Positions 28,901 to 37,273 of a stretch of 64,000 nucleotides of DNA are shown here, piece after piece. Within the stretch, counting starts at the first letter, position 1. Every line of letters begins with the position of its first letter. Under the pieces are notes generated by a model, which was not told the origin of the DNA, did not search any database, and saw nothing but the letters and a program-made list of their open reading frames with translations. The position numbers and the translations under genes are program-made. Source of the stretch: Turneriella sp. (GTDB lineage: Bacteria > Spirochaetota > Leptospiria > Turneriellales > Turneriellaceae); contig CBDIID010000003.1 in assembly GCA_965279515.1 (NCBI GenBank), positions 896,001 through 960,000 on the forward strand. Reading direction: 5' to 3'.

Positions 28901-30961
28901 ATTTCCGGTCCCGACTGTAACAGTACAGGAGACAACCGCCGCCGCAGGTGCCCCAGGCGGTGTTACAACTAATTGAACTACACCGGCAGCGATCTGTATC
29001 GCAGATGTTGCCCCTGTTGGGCAATTTGCACCGGTCAAGGCAAAATCACCCGCCGCAATTGTGGCGTTGTTTAATGGCTCATTAAAAATGACAATTACCG
29101 TCGTTGGTGATGTCGAAGTCGCACTTGTCACCTGCGGCGCCACTGTGGCGCTTGGTCCGGTAAATGCGCCGCCATTGGGTACGGTGCCGAGTGTAGGATT
29201 TCCGGAAGCATCGGTGCTGCCGGTGGGGTTGTTAACACCGATCGTATGCGTGGTTCCATCCGTTAATACGGGCGCGATAGTGAGTTTTACATAGATAGAG
29301 CGATCGTTAGCATCGGGAAGATGCAGCGCCGCGGAAGAACCGGGCGACCACGGTGCCTGATCGAGCGCCGTACCATCCAGCGAATAATCCGCCGCATTGA
29401 CAGTACCTGAGCCGCCAATGGGTTCAGACCACTGCACCATTACGGTACCGCTATCGATAGCATAGATGGCAACAATGTAGGGTTTGCCATCGCCGTTGAA
29501 AGTGGTAGAGCCGCTGCTAAGCGTATTCGCAGGCGTTGCATTATCCTGAATACCACCTGAAGTGCTGGTGATCGAAACACTATAGGGAGTTGAACTCTGG
29601 TCATCTGTCGTAAGCGTGCAGACATTAACGCTGCAACTGACATTCGTGATATTGAGCGCGGGCGAAAAATTAAAATCGCCGGTGGTGACGCCGGTGACCG
29701 GCTCCGAAAAAGTTACCACTACAGTATTCGAGTTCGTCGTTGTCACTCCGACAACAGCGGGTGGCGTTGTGTCGGTTGCATTTGAGTTGTTGTAAGATAA
29801 TACACCCGTATTCCCAGCAGTCGTGAGGCGAGCACCAGCGGCGCTGCACACAAGGCCCGCCGTCGTATCGCAGGTGGTGCCGCCGGGTATTGTCACAGTG
29901 AGATGGCAGGAACCATTACCCGTGCTCGTGACTCCCGTAAAGAGAACAGATCTTGTGCCAACCACGGTACCCACGCTATTGAGATTCACAGAACCAGCCG
30001 TACTACATTGGTTGATCGTATAATTTGCGTTGTTCGTCAGCGCGGTACCGGCAATGCCTGTGGTATCCATATCTTCGCTGTATGTGACTAAAACGGTCGA
30101 AGGCGATGTCGATGTCACACTGGCAACACGCGGTGTCGGTGCGGTAAACAGGAAAGCCGATGATGCTATCACCCCGCCATTATTGATGATTGTCGTTTTG
30201 GAATTACCCCAGACATCGCGTACATCGGTCGTCGCACAAACATAATATGTGCCACCTGGAACTAAACCGGTCGGCGCTGTAAGCGTTACTTTTGCAAAGT
30301 TAGCTGCGTCTCTCACGGCCGAGGTCACATTCACATTCGTTCCGGTACAATTGGCGTTTGTGTAGATGTCGAAAAAGCTTCCGAATGTGGCGTTACTATA
30401 CACCACACCGGTGGCGGGATTCGTCTGCGAAATCGCTTCATTAAAATATACTTCAACCGTGGTGCTGGTCAACGCTGCCGCTGAACCAAACTCTGGAGCT
30501 GTCTGATCCGCATTGGTCGGCGCAGTAAACGTGGCCCTCGCATTGCCCAATGCTGCCCCGTCCACGAAGGTAATCCCCGAAACTGTCGCAGTGTATTGAG
30601 TTCCGGCCGCCTGCGGGATGGTATCTACAAAGATGATATTCGAATTATTCGGGTCGCGGGATACAGCGAGAATATTCAACAAATTGCCGTTAGCGGCTGT
30701 AATGCGATAGTTGGCTACGTTTTGTCCGGAAGCAAGGGTAACCGGTTTCGAGAAAGTCAGCATTACCCGGGTATTGGTGAGTGGCGTCGCTGCAATCAGC
30801 GAGCCCGATACGGCGGGGTTCGCCGGCGGCTGTCCGTTCTGGCTTCCAAAGACCAGATCAAACGGCTGAAAAAAGGTACTGTAGGTTTTACCAGAACAGT
30901 TCATGGCAAAAACCGAAATCCCCACAACAAAGGCCAATTTCGCACCGCTTAGATATCGCAT
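19898..30961 (-). CDS. Giant Ig-like-repeat surface lipoprotein (~3690 aa, Lig-like adhesin)
   Basis: Signal/lipobox VFAMNC after ATG 30961; many bacterial Ig-like modules (V.FSE...Y...DxAGN); Thr/Ala/Gly/Asn-rich; non-repetitive Cys-rich C-terminal domain. Confidence 0.9.
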   Translation of the reverse strand: MRYLSGAKLAFVVGISVFAMNCSGKTYSTFFQPFDLVFGSQNGQPPANPAVSGSLIAATPLTNTRVMLTFSKPVTLASGQNVANYRITAANGNLLNILAVSRDPNNSNIIFVDTIPQAAGTQYTATVSGITFVDGAALGNARATFTAPTNADQTAPEFGSAAALTSTTVEVYFNEAISQTNPATGVVYSNATFGSFFDIYTNANCTGTNVNVTSAVRDAANFAKVTLTAPTGLVPGGTYYVCATTDVRDVWGNSKTTIINNGGVIASSAFLFTAPTPRVASVTSTSPSTVLVTYSEDMDTTGIAGTALTNNANYTINQCSTAGSVNLNSVGTVVGTRSVLFTGVTSTGNGSCHLTVTIPGGTTCDTTAGLVCSAAGARLTTAGNTGVLSYNNSNATDTTPPAVVGVTTTNSNTVVVTFSEPVTGVTTGDFNFSPALNITNVSCSVNVCTLTTDDQSSTPYSVSITSTSGGIQDNATPANTLSSGSTTFNGDGKPYIVAIYAIDSGTVMVQWSEPIGGSGTVNAADYSLDGTALDQAPWSPGSSAALHLPDANDRSIYVKLTIAPVLTDGTTHTIGVNNPTGSTDASGNPTLGTVPNGGAFTGPSATVAPQVTSATSTSPTTVIVIFNEPLNNATIAAGDFALTGANCPTGATSAIQIAAGVVQLVVTPPGAPAAAVVSCTVTVGTGNVADLAGNTIGATNNNALYDYSGTNVATPDTTAPTVASVVAFSNTEVRVYFSEIVTSGSGQNLANYSFSPALSGGINNISCSGTVCTITLNAPGTSAVQYALTVSGVQDAVPNTMATQTVNFSGIGSSATAPTLFLATLINSTTVELSFSEAMNLGTAQTASNYLVTGGNTVSSAVIQTDTTKVRLTITPGAYGSSNSYTVTATGVTDAAGNTIGTPNTATFSGSGTAPSTASLATVSDTGTVGDNITGVNLTSPGLQFTGNTTPNTTVILYHSPGVSFTDAGDLVTLTSHGLANGTAVSFTTINSTTGIATNTTYYVINATANTFQLSTTPGGAVAPLTTDGTGILNTPIPYATAVSGPTGTYTVTVPSTATISQGTNQFNIATVGSTGLVSDLSQTFSINYDSTNPIQPTSLTLVTASDTGISNSDRITNGASLQFSVNCEAGATVVLRNGATDISSPVGGATCPIGGNVTLTTTALAGSGQTGTAYPSINVIQTDVAGNVSTASANLSVTVDSTAPGLTSSNLASNTTLTLNLNENAYNVSGGALTAAAFSLSFAANAGTATGASITGITHTAGSNTVTLTISVTGTVAGTETITVDTVANSVYDNAGNASTFSTGAKTLSAIGIANITNTPTYVAIAPVSGGTTGYIDLVWSEGVYTNAGATGSLVASDFSVAFVQNSGNSTNAIISCVTTAPSTVCPGTAPAGGATAMRLIVTGTGVTSGVETIQVTAATGEIHSGTNGITPNTVGTSVLTFPDRLAPTITSVNSSTADGNYKAGDVISIQVNFSENVTVTGTPQLTLETGATDAVVNYASGSGTSTLTFTYTVASPHTSTDLNANSLALNSGTINDAASNAANLTLSGTTLAANKNLVVDTTAPTITSLNSSTANGSYKAGDAISIQVNFSENVTVTGTPQLTLETGATDAVVNYVSGSGTNSLTFTYTVASPHTSSDLDANSLALSGGTINDAAGNAAALALAGTSLATNKNLVVDTTLPTITSVNSSTANGSYKAGDVISIQVNFSENVTVTGTPQLILETGATDAVVNYVSGSGTGSLTFTYTVASPHTSSDLDANSLGLNGGTINDAAGNAATLTLAGTTLATNKNLVVDTTVPTITSVNSSTANGTYKIGDIISIQVNFSENVTVTGTPQLTLETGATDAVVNYASGSGTSSLTFTYTIASPHVSADLDANSLALNGGTINDGAANAATLTLAGTTLATNKNLVVDGVAPTITSVNSSTADGSYKTGDVISIQVNFSENVTVTGTPQLTLETGATDAVVNYASGSGTSTLTFTYTIASPHTSTDLDANSLGLNGGTINDAAGNAATLTLAGTSLATNKNIVVDTTVPSAPASIALDAADDTGTSNSDGVTKNTTNLTFTGTSEANATVRLYYPNTAGTLIGTTTANGSGNWTLDNISLAENTYSIVATATDAANNVSAASSAYSLNIDTTAPTNQNTVYASSSSRTSGGAQAIVSSGTASNQVWFAPSGTTTFAAGATMTQAGSGTATTINAPTTAGSYKLFVIDLAGNISSESTATLTVDNTAPSGYTVVIDQSYINNANKAAVSFTFTGAEVGATYNYTISSSGGGTNVTGSATVSSAGQQITGINTTGLGDGTLTLSVTLTDPAGNVGTAATNNKTKDVVAPVISATSPASSAGVTSSAANVTFSEDCASATIVWQSTGGTGHPNGPHTRTLTGSELNAGAHSNVAFGSNPLTGGGIYTVTWSCTDAAGNAATAVNATSVTYSSGPPAITSAVALDTNYNGKIDTYQVTFNKNIQDNTFPGYSANALGTVTTQWLVAGYSNVRLIHGTSVTFATDTGDDSVIYVRFDENVLSCNASTQTGCDTDAKPDLTTTATPGVTDGVQSLAQVNVGTVTEADNAAPVVVRALSLGASSLDVTFSEPITATQANVAGNYTLTGGVTVSNAARDATNFRIVHLTTSAQTGGASYTLTVNTTLRDLVNINLITNTNPTTSLPANQAQFNGVVDPVVVSIVTTSATTLTITFNESVKATTAECANQTACAVIYQNLSLPVLSAVSTGGAGVNSATYTLTVNPMIEGQAYTTTVLATKIEGVAAPAGRYVSSPNNAATFNGDGRPALTISTDTATECPTPTNLPPSIAARRRIVVQYDQTVGASATTAANYTVSTSPNGGCITGPCTAGLGQAASNVYSMGGNKYAVDWGTAFTQTTGTDNVYRLSVANVQDANGNAVATPTNVSFQCGVEATPPSLVSVTVVSSTSAAIVVLATFSEGVDNVTANTATNYRYDAQAYGFNVSSAARQANQAQVLITFAPGTALANGGHQLRVINVKDQVTPTGNAIADDGVGNVQPFLVNTPTGFSGGPIFDDPFGDGTPAGQIVRYNNKLLLGWDNCSSRLFEMNNGLTTAQTIAIDVDGNNTTPYTQLSGYTTHPTCTGTNNGWASTGGANATDGGSGAIAGIDAIAAACGKTATSTGNWKPSLTGAACTAENGIEYLLMGGYKATAPGFYKSYFTTTETSDTTTHFTFNHRVHTSNTTHTYRSMTMVMFTDWLYIASPHQGQNAPQVARICMNSNGCNDGAARTQWTAVIAGGGGATNFYPMIGKGGANSTGSSPNSGFEGTAGNTVSIDVMHEYDNDGGSANVPQLYMANGGRFGGTIGFGTGTTRLNRANGANALGTDGGIIRSRLARSTAAAPPGCHALNHGTATNAANCLSVAFENITPTSANWLDYMSIPLPFRSDANVDWGDMLPSNRIIPAIKAVPYMRTAPNGDLYMIRNACATHMMQTKCSATTNTPCSASAAGDAALNTRVNNNFNNTFSTTGDGRKQVCPPGYEVPQLWVLPAKGAAGTNGGGDGGNNDSDDWKLVASSSFTPVSYQSAPYNIAGAPASLPQRVSTTLRGNTATCVNAGTNRCERNAHLTLLEFVGNYLYIGFDNQDHGANVWRVDMAGGTCTGAASCMTSGNVPAETSFQIVNSVLGLDGSSVNQRIFSHVTVTDGGNDWLILVTRDGSNAMKIYRTANGQN
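24866..26620 (-). repeat. Five tandem 351-bp (117-aa) Ig-like repeats within the giant gene
   Basis: xPTITSVNSSTA(D/N)G.YK.GD.ISIQVNFSENVTVTGTPQL...NKNLVVD repeated with starts at 26620, 26269, 25918, 25567, 25216. Confidence 0.95.
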
Positions 30962-31151
30962 ACGTTTTGCGACGAAAAAACGGCCGATTTTACGACAAAA
31001 ACTTCCCGGGGTTAAACCAACCCGTTCAACAAAAAAAAGAAAACGGATGGGACATAAAATTACCGCCTGAAAAGCCTCGCTTGCCGCACGCGGCGGTACG
31101 GAATGCCCCACGAATCTGCGATCGCGAGGTACCGGTAATCTTACAAAATAT

Positions 31152-32972
31152 CTACTCTGTCAGAACACGCACTTCGACGCGACGGTTCTTCGCAGCGCCT
31201 TCGGTTGTTTTGCCATCGGCAATCGGCTTCGAACCACCATAACCTTCGGAGGTCAGACGGTTCTCGTCAATGCCCTTCTTGATGATGAACTTGCGCACGG
31301 CTTCAGCGCGCTTTTTCGACAGGTTACGCGAGTTATCGTCGTCGGCACCTGCGGCAGCGGTATGCCCGCCAATTTCAATTTTTACCTCGGGGTTGCCTTG
31401 CAAAAACTTGATGAGCTCGAGGATGGCTTTTTCTGCGGCCTTGTTGATCAGCTGATCAGAATCGGGTTTGAAGTTCACGCCCTCAAGACTGTAGATAAGA
31501 GCGGCGAGGATGAAATCCTGATCGCGGGTCTTTTTATCATTCGAGGTCAGCGGCAGATCGACTTTCGACTTAACATAACCGTCTTTGCGCGCTTCGATGA
31601 CGTAGTCGAGACCCGGATCGAGCTCGAGCGAATACTTGCCCTTCTCATCGGCGGTGGCTTCTTTTTGGATGCTAGTCGATCCTTTCAGGAAGACGACGAT
31701 CTGCGAACCGGGCAATGCGTCACCGTCGGGTTCTTTTACGGTACCTTTCAGGTTCAACACCACACTCTTGGCCCCGAGATAGTTGATGGGCAGCGTCTTC
31801 GCTTCACCCGTCGCCATGCCGTAATGCCACGCAACACCACCATTAATGATAAAATAGGCACCTGTTATATCCTGCGCGTGCATCATATAACCGCCGTCGA
31901 CAAGGAAGGCAACCGGCCAATTTGTCGGGCGTATCTCGATACCTGCGGCGGCCATGAAGCCATTACCAATATAACTGCCGGAACGTGCGCTCTCCGCACC
32001 CGGGGCGAGCAGAGGTAAGTACGCAGCTTTGACCTGAGTATTAACAGAACTAAAAATGAGACCGTCAGCAATGCGTATATATGGCGAGAACGTAACCGCC
32101 ATCTTCTTCGGTTTGAGATCCCAATAGAGAGCAAGTTGAAAGAGCACAGGAATAAGAGTGATGTCACCAGTGCTGACAGCTTGGCCATTCTGGAATAGAT
32201 CCTGCGAGAATTTGTGATAACCCGCATTGATACCAAAGCGTAAACGCAGGTTATGCTTTTTTAGTGGCAAGAAGCTCATCTCGGGAACCTGAATAGAGTT
32301 TTCGACGGTAAAACCGATAACCCCGAATTTCAACAGGCTGATATCTGCCGTCGGCACCAGCGGCGTATAATATGCTCCAATACGCGGGTCGAGTTTTGAC
32401 CATTTGGCGAAGAGGCCCTGCCCCGGATGGATGGTGCTGCGGCCGCCTGAGATGTCCACCGTTTGCACTGTATCCATCGTCATATCGAGAGGAAAGGCCT
32501 GCACACCTAAGCCCGCAGCCGGCGCTTTGTCGGCTTGTTGCTCCATGGCAAAGTTAAATCCCCATGCCATGCCGCGGCTGGTTTCGTAATAAGGCAGTTG
32601 TCTTTTCTCACCGGCTTTTGACAGCGTCAGAAGCGTGGTATCATAGCGGCGTTTGATGTCGCTACGCTCAATGGCCATCGAACGCGCCAGGAAGGGGCTA
32701 CCGACAAAACGGCACTCGCCGTTCGCCATTTTGGAAGGTTTCTTGAATTTTCCCTTGGGAAGATATTTCGGAAAATCTTTTTCATCGCAGTACTTTTCGG
32801 GCATGATCGCGTTGCGCACATCGATCGAGGCCGACTTATCGGTTTCGGAAACGTACTCCGCGTGCAGCAAAATGCCGTCGACGGTTTCAATGACGACGTC
32901 GGTTTTGGGCGGCGCCGCCATGAGAAAAAAAGTGGCGCCGCTTAAAATAGTGGCAACAATTGCAGTTTTCAT
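31152..32972 (-). CDS. OmpA-family protein (signal peptide, beta-barrel-like region, carboxypeptidase-regulatory-like Ig domain, OmpA C-terminal domain)
   Basis: VNFKPDS, IEIGGHT, LSKKRAEAV, GYGGSKP, AKNRRVE. Confidence 0.9.
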   Translation of the reverse strand: MKTAIVATILSGATFFLMAAPPKTDVVIETVDGILLHAEYVSETDKSASIDVRNAIMPEKYCDEKDFPKYLPKGKFKKPSKMANGECRFVGSPFLARSMAIERSDIKRRYDTTLLTLSKAGEKRQLPYYETSRGMAWGFNFAMEQQADKAPAAGLGVQAFPLDMTMDTVQTVDISGGRSTIHPGQGLFAKWSKLDPRIGAYYTPLVPTADISLLKFGVIGFTVENSIQVPEMSFLPLKKHNLRLRFGINAGYHKFSQDLFQNGQAVSTGDITLIPVLFQLALYWDLKPKKMAVTFSPYIRIADGLIFSSVNTQVKAAYLPLLAPGAESARSGSYIGNGFMAAAGIEIRPTNWPVAFLVDGGYMMHAQDITGAYFIINGGVAWHYGMATGEAKTLPINYLGAKSVVLNLKGTVKEPDGDALPGSQIVVFLKGSTSIQKEATADEKGKYSLELDPGLDYVIEARKDGYVKSKVDLPLTSNDKKTRDQDFILAALIYSLEGVNFKPDSDQLINKAAEKAILELIKFLQGNPEVKIEIGGHTAAAGADDDNSRNLSKKRAEAVRKFIIKKGIDENRLTSEGYGGSKPIADGKTTEGAAKNRRVEVRVLTE

Positions 32973-33023
32973 TCGTATAATACCTTTCCCGACGGTGGAA
33001 AAGGCAGAAATACAACAAAAAAA

Positions 33024-36000
33024 TCAGGCCGTTAGGGCTTTCGATGCGCCCGCGGCGAGCACGCCGAGCTTCATGAGCAACCGGCGTGTAATGGCCACCG
33101 GGTCAAAAGCCGAATCTTCCTTATAAATAAGCTGTTTAGAATCCATCAGCAACGCCAGCGCTGCCGGGTCGGCAAACTGCTCGCCCCACAGGCCCTCGAT
33201 GAAGCGGCCACCCTGCACCAGGCCACGCATCTCCAAAAGGCGGAGGGTTCTCACAAACTTAGGCCAGGGTACCTTGAAGAAATCATTTTCCGCAGCGTAG
33301 CGGTAGATCACGCCCTGGCGCGCAAGCTGCATGCCGGCAATGGCGACCGCGCGTTCATCGGCATCCACAGCTTCGGGAAATACCACACGCGCAAAGCGCC
33401 CCGGAGGAAATTGCGCTGCCCCGGTGCCGCCATACCGCATAGCTGCACTGGGGCGGCGCGTGGCCGGGCGGGAGAGACGGCGCAGGGCAAAAAACTGGTC
33501 CGAAGTGATGAGTCCCCGGGCGATCAGCTCTTTCAGTCCGCGCAATGTCTGTTCAGAAAAGAATTTACCCGCATGGTGGATGTCCCCCGCAAACGAGGCA
33601 CCGTTTTTTTCGAGATACTCATAGATGCGCCGCGCATCGGCCGACAGCGTATTCAGCGACGCCGCTTCGAAACCTTCACCCAGCTGGTACCAGAGCTCGC
33701 GGCTCAGAATCATGTAGCGCGTTTTCGGTGTGATACTCTTCACCGTCGCCTCGGCGGTAGCCGGCCGCCACCAGAAAAACTCGCCGGTCAGAAATATATC
33801 CTCGAGCATGCGCTCGGAAAAATCGTTGATGCGGCGCTGCAGCGCGGCAACCCAATCGGCCTGCGAAAGCGCCACACCCTGCAGCTGACGCAAAATTTTC
33901 CGCAGCGATTCAACCCCTGCGAGTGGCTCTCCGCCCGCATGCTGCCAGACCTGTAGAAAGGTGAGGTATCCTTCGGGAGTCACCCTGTGCTGACCCTCGC
34001 GCGGGCGGCGGTTATAGTGCAGAAGGCGTTGGTAGAAGGCGCGCTCGACAAAGAATTTGCCGCCCTTTCGCTCTAGCTGAAAAACACTGCCGGAATTTTC
34101 GAGAGCCAGAAGTGCGAGAGTGACGGCGCTCTCCGGGAAATTCAGGCGAACCGCGATCTCCGCAACAGCCATGGGCCCCAATAGCTCAAGGTGAGCGAGC
34201 ACGATAGTCTCAATCGCGGTGAAGCGGCGCTGATCCGCAATCTCGTTACCCTCACCCAAAACTGTGGCATAAGCATCTTCGATCAAACCAAGTTTGTCCG
34301 CGCTGAACAAAAATCTTCCGCCGGCTGGGAGGGGGACAACCTTGCCTTCTTCGATGAGAGCAGCCAGCCCGGTGGAAAATCCCAGCTGACTTGCCTCGGC
34401 TTCAGGTAAAACGGCAAATTGCGTGATACGGTCATAGAGCTCGTAGGCATTGCGTGCGGGATAAAGCGACTCGGCCTTAACGGCTGCAATTGTGGAGTCG
34501 GATATTTCATCGCCCTCACGCTCTTCAAAATTCGTGCGCACCGCGCGTGTGCGTCGCTCTTCGAGCGGTGCATCGTCGAGAAAAGCATAGGGTCGCGCAT
34601 TGATGATTTCATGCGCCAGCTGTGAGGGTTCGCTGCTGTCGAGTGTCACGGTCTGAATGGCGCCGCTCTCGAGCCCCTTCAGCACGCCCAGAAAGCCATC
34701 CACATCCATCGCTTCGTGCAAACAGTCATAGAGCGTCTGCTCGACGAGCGGGTGTTCGGGTATCGAGCGCGGGCCGGAGAGATTCTCGGCGCAGGCAATC
34801 TGATCGGGGAAAAGCAACGCAATGAGATCCTGCGCATTCGATTTTTGCCACTGCGCCGGTGTCTTACCCTTCGCATTGCGGCGAAGAATCGCCAGCGCAC
34901 GCGAGGCATTCCAGCGCCAGCGGATTTCAAACATCGGCGCATCTAAGAGCGCCTGAATCAAGACGTCGCGCGCCGATTTGGAGGAAAGATAAGAGAAAAC
35001 TTCATCGAGCACGAAAGAGTGCGTGTGGCTGAGTGAAAGGATAATCGCGCTATCATTGGCCGCCGCCTGCAGTTCGAAGTTAAACTGTCGGCAAAAGCGC
35101 TTGCGCAAGGCCAGCCCCCAGGCGCGGTTGATCTGCGTGCCAAAGGGCGAGTGCAGAACGATGTGGCAGTTATTGACCTCGTCGAAAAAACGCTCGAGAA
35201 TAATCGTCGTCTGGGTGGGCAGGGTTTTCAGGTGATCGTGCGAGGCACGCAGGTATTCGGCCAATTCGCGGATTTCCCGCACAGCCAACCCGGTTTCGAC
35301 GCCGGTTGCCTGCGTAAATGCTTCGATATCGGGGTTTGCGAGAAAATGTTCATTTAACGACGAAACCGCGCGGCTGAGGGCGTCACTGCGGCCCGGCACA
35401 TCGACAATCCAGAACGGAATCGTCGGGTGTTTGTCGGGTGCGGCAAAAACCGAGACGCGGTTGCCGCGCACGGCCGTGATCTGCCACATGCGGTTGCCGA
35501 GTTGAAAGACATCGCCCTGTATCGACTCGATGGCAAAGTCTTCATGCACCGTGCCAACAAAAACCTGCTCGCGCTCGTCGACGACTTCATACTCAAAATT
35601 CTCGGGTATCGCACCGCCGTTCAAAGCCGCATAGATGCGCGTGCCGGGGCGGGCATGCAGGTGCTGCGATATCTGGTCATAGAAGAGGTAACGCGCCTTA
35701 CGGCCGAAGCGCAGCGAATAGCCGTCATTCAGCATCTGCAGAATCTGGCGGAATTTCTCTTTCTTTACGTCTCTGTAGACAAAGGAACCCGTAAACAGCT
35801 CAAAGAGTTCGTCGGCGCCATAGTCGCGCATCGAGACCTCGGCGACAATTTGCTGTGCGAGCACATCGAGCGCGGGCGCGCAGAGCGTCACATCTTCGAG
35901 TTCGCCTTTGTGCAGCGCCCGAATGAGCGCGACGCATTCCAGCAGATCGTCGCGCGAGAGCGGAATGAACAAGGCGCGTGAAGTGCCGTGCTTGTGGTGC

Positions 36001-37232
36001 TCGCTTCTGCCGACACGCTGGATAAAAGAGTGGATCGAGCGCGGGGAAGAGATCTGGACCACAAGATCGATCGAACCAATGTCGAGACCCAGCTCGAGCG
36101 ACGATGTGGCGATCATCACCTTGAGTTCACCCGCCTTCAGCATCTGCTCTGCGCGGTGGCGCGCGGCATGCGAAAGCGAGCCGTGGTGTGAGGCGACCAG
36201 GTTCTGCCCCAAAAGCTCAGAGAGATGACGCGCCAATCTCTCACACAGGCGGCGGTTATTCACAAAGATCAGTGTAGTGCGGCGCTGCTGTATCTCTGCC
36301 GCAAGTTTTTGATAGATTTCATCCCATGCCTCGCCGCTCATGACGGCAGAGAGCCCCGCGTCGGGAATGAGCATCTTCACATCGAAGGGCCGTTTTTTCG
36401 CATCGGCGCACAGCGCGATCGGTTCGTTGCCGACAAGATATTGCGCGACTTTCTGCAAGGGGCGCACGGTCGCCGAAATGCCGATGCGCTGCATTTTTGC
36501 GTAGTTGCCGACATCCCCCTCTTCTTTTGCCTTTTGCAGACGCAGATTCTCCAGGCGCTCGAGCGATAAGGCAAGATGCGCACCGCGGCGGTTTGAAACC
36601 AGCGCGTGGATTTCATCGACGATCACGGTTTCAATCGTCGAGAGCAGTTCGCGGCCTGAACCGCTGGTGAGCAGCAGATAGAGAGATTCAGGGGTTGTTA
36701 CCACAATCTGCGGCTTCAGGCGCACGAGCTTCGCGCGCTCAGACGAAGTGCTGTCACCGGTGCGCACCATCGCATGGATTTCGTCGATGTCAATGCCCTC
36801 TTTTTTAAGTTCGTTCTGGATGCCGGTGAGCGGTGCGCGCAGGTTTTTTTCGATATCGTTCGAAAGCGCTTTCAGCGGTGAAATATAAAGGATGCGTGCC
36901 GCGCGGATATTTTCGCCTGCGGCAGCACGGCGTACCAGACTGTCGATGATCGCGAGGAACCCGGCCAGCGTCTTACCTTCCCCGGTGGGTGCACTGATGA
37001 GAGCATGCTGTTTCTGCGAGAGCGCCGACCATGCCTCAAGCTGAATGGGCGTGGGATTTCCCAACGTTTCGGCGAACCAGCGCCGTGTCGCCGAATGGAA
37101 TATTGTCGGAAGGTCGGCAACCACTGGGGACAGATTATGCCGGAAAACACCCCGCGACAAGTTTTTATGGAAGCTGAAAAGACTCTGATAATTTGTCGTG
37201 CTTAGTAATTCAGGTCCGTCTGATTGCCTCAT
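33024..37232 (-). CDS. lhr: Lhr family ATP-dependent helicase
   Basis: APTGEGKT, YISPLKALSNDI, TTPESL, DEIH, HHGSLS, SLELGLDIG, QRVGRS, C-terminal RFIEG..GEQFA; true start probably about 37123. Confidence 0.93.
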   Translation of the reverse strand: MRQSDGPELLSTTNYQSLFSFHKNLSRGVFRHNLSPVVADLPTIFHSATRRWFAETLGNPTPIQLEAWSALSQKQHALISAPTGEGKTLAGFLAIIDSLVRRAAAGENIRAARILYISPLKALSNDIEKNLRAPLTGIQNELKKEGIDIDEIHAMVRTGDSTSSERAKLVRLKPQIVVTTPESLYLLLTSGSGRELLSTIETVIVDEIHALVSNRRGAHLALSLERLENLRLQKAKEEGDVGNYAKMQRIGISATVRPLQKVAQYLVGNEPIALCADAKKRPFDVKMLIPDAGLSAVMSGEAWDEIYQKLAAEIQQRRTTLIFVNNRRLCERLARHLSELLGQNLVASHHGSLSHAARHRAEQMLKAGELKVMIATSSLELGLDIGSIDLVVQISSPRSIHSFIQRVGRSEHHKHGTSRALFIPLSRDDLLECVALIRALHKGELEDVTLCAPALDVLAQQIVAEVSMRDYGADELFELFTGSFVYRDVKKEKFRQILQMLNDGYSLRFGRKARYLFYDQISQHLHARPGTRIYAALNGGAIPENFEYEVVDEREQVFVGTVHEDFAIESIQGDVFQLGNRMWQITAVRGNRVSVFAAPDKHPTIPFWIVDVPGRSDALSRAVSSLNEHFLANPDIEAFTQATGVETGLAVREIRELAEYLRASHDHLKTLPTQTTIILERFFDEVNNCHIVLHSPFGTQINRAWGLALRKRFCRQFNFELQAAANDSAIILSLSHTHSFVLDEVFSYLSSKSARDVLIQALLDAPMFEIRWRWNASRALAILRRNAKGKTPAQWQKSNAQDLIALLFPDQIACAENLSGPRSIPEHPLVEQTLYDCLHEAMDVDGFLGVLKGLESGAIQTVTLDSSEPSQLAHEIINARPYAFLDDAPLEERRTRAVRTNFEEREGDEISDSTIAAVKAESLYPARNAYELYDRITQFAVLPEAEASQLGFSTGLAALIEEGKVVPLPAGGRFLFSADKLGLIEDAYATVLGEGNEIADQRRFTAIETIVLAHLELLGPMAVAEIAVRLNFPESAVTLALLALENSGSVFQLERKGGKFFVERAFYQRLLHYNRRPREGQHRVTPEGYLTFLQVWQHAGGEPLAGVESLRKILRQLQGVALSQADWVAALQRRINDFSERMLEDIFLTGEFFWWRPATAEATVKSITPKTRYMILSRELWYQLGEGFEAASLNTLSADARRIYEYLEKNGASFAGDIHHAGKFFSEQTLRGLKELIARGLITSDQFFALRRLSRPATRRPSAAMRYGGTGAAQFPPGRFARVVFPEAVDADERAVAIAGMQLARQGVIYRYAAENDFFKVPWPKFVRTLRLLEMRGLVQGGRFIEGLWGEQFADPAALALLMDSKQLIYKEDSAFDPVAITRRLLMKLGVLAAGASKALTA

Positions 37233-37273
37233 GTGCTTATACGGGCTATTTGAGGAATCCGGGAGTTGTTTGT

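Noticed and set aside
30962..31111. N-terminal 50 codons of the 3737-aa ORF
   Set aside because: ATG 30961 gives a normal signal peptide and lipobox; the extension looks like non-coding leader.
36490..36545. Extra residues in Lhr (QKAKEEGDVGNYAK) as another element insertion
   Set aside because: The DNA shows no twin-hairpin structure, and this loop is naturally variable.
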